Shown here: positions 54,895 through 64,000 of the stretch, in pieces
How the letters are laid out: each line of letters opens with the position of its first letter
Position numbering within the stretch: position 1 is the first letter of the stretch
Source of the DNA: Octopus sinensis
Taxonomy: Eukaryota
NCBI RefSeq assembly: GCF_006345805.1
Contig: NC_043005.1
Span: 37,944,001 to 38,008,000, forward strand
Direction: 5' to 3'
Length of the DNA stretch: 64,000 bases
Position numbers and translations under genes: made by a program
Notes under the pieces: generated by a model
Seen by the model: only the letters and a program-made list of their open reading frames with translations
Told to the model about the DNA's origin: nothing
Databases searched by the model: none

Positions 54895-55179
54895 GTAATA
54901 ATAACGTAATAATAATGAAAAATAATGATGGTAATAATAAAATTAAAAAAAAAAAAGAATGAAAATAGGAATACATGTTAATAACATCTCTTTGTAGAGA
55001 CAGATATTAGAGAAAATCTCAGTAAAGCAGATAAAGAAATTTATTCCATGTTTTACCTTAAATAAAACCTAGTAATCATGGACTGAAAAAATCTGAAGAA
55101 ATTTTAAAATATTAATATAAACAACTTGCATTGTTTGTACTTAGCATTTATTATTATTATTGTTATCGTTATTATTCTT

Positions 55180-56010
55180 TAAGGTGGTGAGCTGGTAGAA
55201 TTGTTAGTGTGCCAAACAAAATGCTTAGCAGCGCATTTCTTTACTTTCTGAGTTTAAATTTCACCCAGATAGATTATGCTTTCCATCCTTTTGGGGTTGA
55301 TAAAATAAACCATCAGTCAATTACTGGCATAGATGGAATCAACTGATCTGTTCCCTTGAAATTTACTGGTTTTGTGCCAAAATTTTAAAACCAGCTTCGA
55401 GCTGGTAGAATCATTAGCATGCTGAGTGAAAAGCTTAGAAGTATTTCTTCCATCATTATGTTCTGAGTTCAAATTCCACCGAGGTCGATTTTGCTTTTCA
55501 TCCTTTCGGGGTCAATAAGATGAGTACCAGTTGAACACTGGGTTTGATGTAATCAACTCATCGTCCCCTTCCCCAAAATTACTGCCCTTGTGGCAAAATT
55601 TGAAACCAATAAGGCAGCGAGCTGGCAGAATTGTTAGCACACTGGATGAAATGCTTAGTGGTATTTTGCCTGCCGCTACGTTCTGAGTTCAAATTCCGCC
55701 GAGGTCAACTTTGCCTTTCATCCTTTCGGGGTCAATTAAATAAGTACCAGTTACGCACTGGGGTTGATATAATCGACTTACTCCATTTGTCTGTTCTTGT
55801 TTGTCCTCTCTGTATTTAGTCCCTTGTGGGTAGTAAAGAAATAGGTATTTTGCCTGCTGCTACATTCTGAGTTCAAATTCCACCGAAGTCAACTTTGCCT
55901 TTCATCCTTTTGGGGTTCATAAATTAAGTACAAGTGAAACACTGGGGTCAATACAATCGACTAGTCTCCCCCCCCCTCAAAATTTCAGGCCTTGTGCCTA
56001 TAGTAGAAAG
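55180..56010 (+). mobile_element. Head-to-tail cluster of about 4 SINE B (MetaSINE-like) copies
   Basis: gagctgg.agaat..ttagc heads at ~55190, 55399 and 55619; core ttctgagtt.aaatt..gc.tttcatccttt.ggggt at ~55246, 55461, 55681 and 55866. Confidence 0.88.
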
Positions 56011-56159
56011 GATTATTATTATTATTTCTCCCATTATTTACCTTATACCTGTAATCAATGTTCCGTGCAAACCACAAGATTATATTTTAACAACTCTCAT
56101 GATTAGAGCGGAGGCAGGGACAAAAGTAATCTGTTTTCTTCTTGAATTGAATTCCTAAT

Positions 56160-56500
56160 ATAAGTGATGATAGGAGTGTGATCATAATGATGATCGTTAT
56201 GATCATGAGGATAGTGGTTATGCTGTTGGTGGTGGTGGGGTTGATCGTAATGGTGATAGTGGTGATGATGGGAGGGTGTTGATGGTGATGATAATGATCA
56301 TAATGACTATGATGATGGCAATAGTGGTTTTGCTGTTTTTGTTTTCATTGATGATGGTAATGATGAGGATAATGCTGCTGCTGATGATGACAGTAATGAT
56401 AATGGTAATTACAAAGGGAGTAACATTGATGGTGATGATGTGGAGGAGCAGGAGAACAATGATGATGACTACTAAGATGATGGTAGCAGTAACAGCAACA
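56160..56500. repeat. Degenerate (GAT/GGT)n low-complexity tract
   Basis: Directly visible; explains the Met-, His- and Ile-rich ORFs. Confidence 0.85.
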
Positions 56501-57054
56501 ATCACTTTTACCAATGCTCAACACTAATTTGTAAAGCAATCCTCCACATAATGAAGAATTATTCTGAGTTCAGTGAAGTATGATGAAAAATAAGCACTTC
56601 ATGGTTGAATAGTTGGATTTGTTACAAAGGGATTTATTGCTAATATAACCAGAATTCAGTATAAGCAGTCAAAGTCATGGTATTTATTGCTTTTCTGAGA
56701 AAAATTTTGGTGTTTAAGTGCACCATTTTACAAGAACTCACTTGAAGTGATCTGACAGTTATATAGAAATTATTTCATGATAATTCTACAATTAACTGTG
56801 ATTACACATGAGTGAAAAATCTTAAGCAAACGAGCATGACATAAATTAAACTCATGCTCTTGTAATTAATTGTCCAACACAATATTTTAACTATTCAACC
56901 ATTATGCACCAACACATACAAAGAGCAGAGATTTACTGATGTACATAGACATTTGTGGCCTCGTGCCAATGCTAGAAACAATATATGTGTGTGAGTTTGT
57001 GCATGCATACGTATATATGTGTGTGCATGTGTATGTTTGTGTGTATATAATATA

Positions 57055-57962
57055 AGAAGAGCTTTCAAAAAGTATCTAGCTTCATTTTTTCCCACCATGG
57101 GCAAAATCCTTTGGGTGGAAGGTGACACCACCCAACTTGCACATGCATGAAAATTTTTTGCACCAGTTGACCGGGTCAGTTTTTGGCTGTTAGAGAGCTA
57201 GAGTGCTCATCAAATTTTCATTTTCAGGCAAGATGATCAAAAGCATCAAGCAGAGGCCATAAACCCTTGTCTCATTACCAGTGATGAAATCTAGGTCATT
57301 ACCTTCATGAAATCTAGGTCATGGTGGCACAGTCCAGCATGTCCTAAGTGATTTCCATGCAGAGTTGTTTCTGCTGCTTCACCAGCACCATGGGGGAAAG
57401 TTTTGCCAACTCTCTCTGCATGCACAAATCCTCTGTTAAAAAGAAATACACTGATCCTCTGCTTATTCATACTCAGTAAGTAATTTCCTGTCTTGTTACA
57501 TGATGGTTTTCCATGACTATTTGGCGAACTTTCTCAATCAGCTCCTCGTTTCAGCTTGTGGATGGCCTGCCAGAGCATACCTTGCTCTCCACTGAGGGGC
57601 AGCCATGATTGAAGCAGTTGTACCACTCACTGATTTAAGTTTTTGTTCATGACATCATCGTCAAAGGCTTGCTGGATCTTCCTGATGGTTTGAGTTTAAA
57701 TATCATCACGCTTTTGGCAAAACTTGATGCAGTATCTCTGCTCAAAGCATTTGGTCATCTTGCATTAAAACAAAAATCTGATAACTGTGCACTACATGTT
57801 TGTACTCTAGGCATAACAGATGGGGACTGACATGATGTACTGGTGTGAAAGTTTTCACACATGTGTATGAAGGATCATATCACTTCCCATCCAAAGGATT
57901 TGGTCACATAGCATTAGTTTGTGGGGGAAAAATAAAGTTGGATACTTTTTCAACGCACTTCA
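57055..57962 (-). mobile_element. Internally deleted mariner element with both TIRs
   Basis: Left ta|agaagagctttcaaaaagtatctagcttcatttttt vs right reverse complement ta|tgaagtgcgttgaaaaagtatccaactttatttttt (about 40 bp, TA flanks). Minus strand encodes RYCIKFCQK and SGRPSTS. Confidence 0.85.
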
Positions 57963-59224
57963 TATGTATGTGTGTGTACATATGGTATGACTGTGAGTGA
58001 GAAGTTCACTTTCTGGTTACATAATTTCTTAGTGGCACCCTGAGCATGTGAATAGATTTGCTACATGGAAACAGAAAGAAACCAGTCATACACACATACA
58101 TGTAGGTATGTATGTATGTATGTATGTATATATGTATGTATGTATGTATGTGTTTGTATCTCCTTGTTTTGACATAGTGTGATGGTTGTAAGAAAGCATC
58201 ACTGTCGAACAGGCAGTTACCTTCACTTGCAGTCTTCCACAAAAACATGCCTGAACTGAGAGAGATACTACATTGCATGGAAACGGGTGAAAGTTGGTGA
58301 CAAGAAGGGCATCTGATTGTAGTAAGCCAGCCTCCGCAATTTCTGTCTGATTTATGCAAGCATAAAAGAAAAGCCATTAAAACAATGATGGTGATGATGA
58401 TGACAATATACACACTCCTATATTTATAATATCTATGAATTCCACTCTGGACTAAGTTTTGCCAATGTACACAAGCCTGGGTTTCCTCAGATTCCAGATT
58501 TTGTTACATAAATATAAGCACACTGACATATAGAGTCACACACACACACACATCTAGGTTGGTAAACTGTCGGTCCTCAAGCAACAATAACATCCTGTAT
58601 GAATTACTGTCCCATTTTGTAGCAAATCCCCTCCAGGCTTTTACTTTTTAATTCCATTCAATTCAGTCCAATTCAATTTATTTGAATATCACCAACTCTA
58701 TTGTATTCCTACCTCCCATCCACCAATGCCTTGAGCAACAAGTTATCAGCATGGTCATTATTCTTCCAGACACTAATATAAATAAGAATTATACTTTCTA
58801 CCATTTATTCATGGTACTACCAGCAAAATTTAAATCATTATCTCTCACTGTTAGGAGTGTATATACTGGAATAATATCTTTAGTTCTTCATTTGGTTTGA
58901 GATGGCTGCAATAAACTAGATAATATGCAGCGTTTAACTCTTTGCCTGTACAAAGCATTTCCATAAGTTTGCTCTGAATGTCTGTGCTTGTTTACAGACT
59001 TTTAGTTAGTTCTTGTTTCATAGATTCTGAATAATTTAAAACTTTTTTTTTCAGAAGTCCAAACGCATTGGGGTCGTTGAGAAAATTGGAAATGTGTATC
59101 ATATATGATGCATGAATGCCAAGGAGATGTGTCCTGTGTATTGCATATGATACACAAGGCAGGCAAATGGTTAAACAACTACAATTCTAAAGAGTTAAAT
59201 AATTAGTGTGTGTTTATTAATTAT

Positions 59225-59259
<35 letters not shown>

Positions 59260-60764
59260 TATATCTACATACATAGTCCACATTGTAAAGTGGTTGGTAT
59301 TTGGAAGAGCATCCAGCTTTAAAAAAAAACCATGCCAAAGCAGATCTCACCAGAGCTGGTGCCACATAAAGAGCACACAGTCCACTTTGTGAAGTGGTTG
59401 ACATTAGAAAGGGCATCCAGCCATAAAAAAAATCATGCCAAATTAGACCTTGCTGGTGCTGGTACTATGTGCCAAGCACTTAGGAAGGACATCCAGTTGT
59501 AAAAAAACATGTCAAAACAGACAGTGAAGCTTGGTGCAGTCTTCTAGCTAGCCAGCTACTGTCAAACAGTTCAACCCATGCCAGCATGGAAAACAGACAT
59601 TAAATGATGAGGATGATGATCCTCCATATACACCCACTAATATATATCATCATTGTCACATCTGCTTTACAAGAGGAATGTGTTGGATGGATCCTCATTT
59701 TCCAAATCATTTCTTTTTGGGACATGCTACTCCTATCGACTGGTGCTTGTACCTGTTACTTTGGACTGCTTTTTACAGCTAGTACCTTTTCTGTCACCAA
59801 TCACTTTACGAGGTGTGGTGAGTGCATTTTCTTGTGGCACAAATGTTAGATAGTTAATATGTCCTCCATGAGATGAGACTAAATGGAGCTCATGACCCTA
59901 CACTTTTTCTCCTCATTTGCCAACAATTTCACTGTGTGTACTAGGGGTAATTTTTGTGGTACTAGCACTAGAGAGGTTGTTTTACTTACCAATCTTAGAG
60001 AGAGACTGCAGCAGGGGGGATTGAGTGGTGGGTCCTAGCATGGTAGCAGCATATGAAGAGAGGGAACTATGTACACAGTAAATGTGACTTCTCAATAAGC
60101 TAAGGAGTGTAGAAGAAAGAGAAGAAAAGGAGAGAGAGAGAGTAGATAAGTAAGAAATGGATAGTAAGGAGATGAATGAGACGGAGAGTGTGGTGCAACA
60201 GAAAACCCAGAATGGGTAGAATGAGAAAGACAGAGTTTTATTTTTAGTGAGGTCAAATAAGATGTGATTAGCGATAGGAGATATGGACAAATGTAAGGAG
60301 TGGGTGCTACACTTAAGTCAACAGTGGGTGAAGATGAGAACCAAAGCTAACCCAGAGGGAGAGAGCATGATGGTGGGGTGAAGTTAGAGTGTACTGGTTG
60401 ATCGGATCAAAGTGGTCCAATGCAGTCTCTTAGTAAAGGGTGAGGGTGTCAAAGTCATGAGGAGGACACACTCAGCACAGGTGATGAAAAGATGAGATAT
60501 AGAGGGCTATGAGTAATAAAAAGACTAGGGGACGGGGAAAAGTGGATCTGCAAACAGTAGTTAGATGAGGTGGAGTCAAGACTGCAAGATGAAGGTAGCA
60601 AATGTGTAGTCAGATATAGAATATCATATAGCACCTTGAGCAAGTGTCTTCTACTATAGCCTTGGGCTGACCAAAGCCTTGTAAGTGGATCTGGTAGTCA
60701 GAAGCTGAAAGAAGTCCATCATATATATATATATATATATACACACACTCACATATATATGTAC

Positions 60765-61228
60765 ACACATGGAGAGACAATGACAGGAGATCGGGATATT
60801 TGGAGATATGCTGTGATTAAGAAGACCCAGCAACTAAAGTGAGATCGCAGCCATGCATGTCCAGCCCAGTTAAGATACCCCTGATACATCAGGTGATATG
60901 ATTTGCTTAAGAAGACCTGTTGAGTCAAGTAAAGCCAATATCATAGCTGTGGCCAGTGCCCCATGACTGGCTCCATCCTAGAGGAAGGTAAAAAGCACCA
61001 TCTGAATGTGATCGATGCCAGGACTTCCAGACTGTCCCCCATGCCAGTGGCACATAAAAAGCGCCCACTGCTCTCTCAGAGCGTTTGGCGTCAGGAAGGG
61101 CATACAGATGTAGAATCATTGCCAGATCAGACTGGAGCCTGGTGCAGCCACTGGCTCTCCAGACCTCAGTCAAACCATCCAACCCATGTCAGCATGGAAA
61201 ATAGACGTTAAACGATGATGATGATGAT
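60765..61228 (+). mobile_element. RTE LINE 3' end
   Basis: tggagatatgctgtgattaagaagaccc matches the end of the 1-720 element and ends gacgttaaacgatgatgatgat. Confidence 0.82.
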
Positions 61229-63726
61229 GTATAAGGGTTTAAAATATATCATAAAAAAGGGTTGTATAATACATTCATGTAATTAGAGCTCAGACTAGAC
61301 CGGGTAACTAAAATACAGCATCAAAAGAAAGGGAGAAGAGAGAAAAACAAATGATGGCTACAGGCAATGTATTAGTTGAACTAATGAAAGTACAATAAAA
61401 TAAAAGAGAGACAGGTGGTTGTTAATGACATCAGGCCATAAAATAGTTATAGAGAAATGGTATGAATATAATTAAGTTGAAAAATAGGAAAATTTGGACA
61501 GCAAGATTTTTGGTAGTTCTTCATAGATAGGGAGATGTATGAATGATACGGATTATTTTCCTCAACAGGATGAGAAAATATCACTTGTCTCACTGTTCAG
61601 TGAAAACAGGTTCAATATGCAACAACTGTTGACTTTAATAAGAGAAGAATTAAAATTTTGTGGTACATAGAAAATGTGTGTGTCTGTGTGTGCATATCCT
61701 TGAGTCAACATCGTGTGCTAGCTGTAAACAAATATCACTGCGATACAGTGTTGTTGACTTACAATCTTCTGTGAAAACATGTCTTGCCACTATTTTGTCT
61801 GTGTTGGAAGATTTGGGAAAACTTTTATCTTACTTGGAAACAGGTGAGGGTTTATGACAGGAAAGGCATCTAACAGCAGTAAAATCCTCATATATGAATC
61901 TCATATGGCCCATGCATGCAAGGAAAAGTGGATATTTAAGTGATGATCACAAGCACACTCACTAACTTACTCACATTCACACACACACATTCATGGACAC
62001 ACACACACAAACACATATGTATGGATTATTATCCATCAAATTTGATGAGAGGATTCAGCTATATGGTCAGCTGATCTACCTATTCATTGAATTAGCATTA
62101 AGAAGTGGCTGAATAATCCACAAATATATATAATCTCCACATAATTCTTTATCAGAATCAGTATGACAAAAGCTGTACTTTTGGGGTTACAGGTATTATC
62201 CATTTGATAAGTTTCTGTAGAGTTTTCATCTGCACAAGGTTATAGAAATATGATATCGAACCAAGATACCATACAGTGGGATCAAACCCAGAACCTTGTG
62301 GTCTTGCAGTTGCAAAGCAACTTCCTGTCCGTGCTTTACACACACACACGTGTATGTGTGTGTGTGTGTGCTTGTATGTATGAATATATGTGTGTGTTTG
62401 CATGTACATATATTCTTTATAGCATATCAAGGAAATTACTACTTCAAAGAATGTTTTCTCCACAAAAAAAAATTAGATTTGTGCAGGAAAGAAATAAATG
62501 ATGTTGAAATAACAACAACAACAATCTCCTGCAGGAATTTTAATTCTGATAATGAGTGAAAAAGTAGAATTAGATAAATAATTACTGTAAAACCAAAAAA
62601 GAAAATAATAACAATAAAAATATAAAAAAACAAGCAACAATGGAAAGTTTACAAAAAAAAAACAACAAAACAAAATACCAGAACAAATTTGTTAATTATT
62701 TCTCACTTAAAAGTTCATTCAAATATACACTTATATATCTTGTGCTTTTTTTACTCAAATCTTTAATTATTTAGTTCTTTAATTTTTAACCCATTATTTT
62801 TTAGAAATTTTCTTTTTCTTTTCTTTTTTTTTTACCTTGGTATGAAAGTAGTTGGCAGTTAGTTCCAACAAAAATGCAGAAGTGTCAGTAGTAAAGACAT
62901 TAAGGTTATCATTAAGATATATTGAACATTTGCTGCATTTGAAGGAACATTATTGCATAGATTAAGCATTATCATTATCTTTATTCTTCTCACAATTATC
63001 CATGTTGTGATAATTACAGTTAATGGTGTTATTGTTGTGACCACTTTTGTTCCAGTTCTGTTTATATATGTTCTCTGCTTTTGGAATACTAGAATACAAG
63101 ATATTAGTAGACATGAGCTTTAGTAAATTTAGTCTGAGTCTGTTTATCTACTTTAAAACTTTCTATTTTGAATTTGTTTAGCAAGAATTTTGATCTGAAA
63201 CTGTGTTCGAAAACAATGTTGTTATGTAGTTACTCTCAGTGATATTTAACATGTCTGAGTACATTTGAACAACATTTGAACTTAGAAAGAGAATACGCTG
63301 GGCAAGTTGTCTCCAGCGAAGAAGGTTTCCTTATAGACAATATGGGTATAAACATGCCACTAGGTCATGAATAATGTCACTGGACCATAGAATGCATACA
63401 TTTCTGCATCATTGCACTTCATCAGTTATGCATACCAAACCATCATTCATGGCTGCAAAAGTTAGTCGCACACTTACCATTTGTTGTTTGTTTATACTTC
63501 ACTTCCTTTTTTTTAAGAAACACCTAACGTTTGAGTCCCTAACAATATATTTTTCCCTACACTGATGCTGTGAAAAATACTCTAGACAGGAATATAAACA
63601 TCAACTGCTTTTGAAAAAATAGAGTAATATATAGATAAGCAATAACTGGTGAATATCCTTATGAGCTTTATTAAATATAATTCATTCCAAATATAACAAT
63701 AGTTAAAAAATTATTACATTTCTGTA

Positions 63727-64000
63727 TCATCATCATCATCGTTTAACGTCCGTTCTCCATGCTAGCATGGGTTGGACGGTTCGACCGGGGATCTGGAAAG
63801 CCAGAAGGCTGCACCAGGCTTCAGTCTGATCTGGTAGTGTTTCTACAGCTGGATGCCCTTCTTAATGCCAATCACTCCGTGAGTGTAGTGGGTGCTTTTT
63901 ATATGCCACCTGCACAGGTGCCAGGCAAAGCTGGCAACGGCCACGATTGGATTGGTGCATTTTACATGCCACCGGTACGGAAGCCAGTCAAGGCGGCGCT
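63727..64000 (-). mobile_element. RTE LINE 3' end, young copy, continues beyond the window
   Basis: catcatcatcatcgtttaacgtccgttctccatgctagcatgggttggacgg; homologous to 12056-12475. Confidence 0.88.

Noticed and set aside
55180-56010. Regularly recurring repeats superficially like a CRISPR array
   Set aside because: These are long diverged SINE copies in eukaryotic DNA, with no constant repeat-spacer period and no cas genes.
63280-63600. Possible Tc1-like transposase trace on the minus strand
   Set aside because: Only one short MMVW-like motif, with no TIR or further motifs.

Overview
AT-rich, microsatellite- and transposon-dense animal genomic DNA. The SINE, RTE-LINE and mariner repertoire looks like an octopus (coleoid cephalopod); this is recognition from memory, not a search result. 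Only one protein-coding exon is well supported: a 174-nt phase 1-1 Sushi/CCP-domain exon at 5119-5292 (+), which the ORF track misses. The rest looks intronic or intergenic. It contains RTE-clade LINE fragments, several tRNA-type SINE families, three mariner relics, a hAT-like element with TIRs and an 8-bp TSD, and a decayed Penelope-like (PLE) reverse transcriptase. The most striking structure is a ~99% perfect 908-bp palindrome (52985-53892) inserted in the microsatellite of a SINE. Each arm carries an outward-facing type I hammerhead ribozyme with a palindromic stem III and an unusually long domain II. Older inverted-repeat inserts (9720-10142, 22342-22757) and two minimal hammerhead relics with covarying stems (18226-18260, 37349-37384) suggest a recurring class of hammerhead-bearing PLE-derived or retrozyme-like elements. 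Nearly all other listed ORFs are microsatellite or SINE artefacts. Coordinates were counted by eye, and repeat boundaries are approximate.
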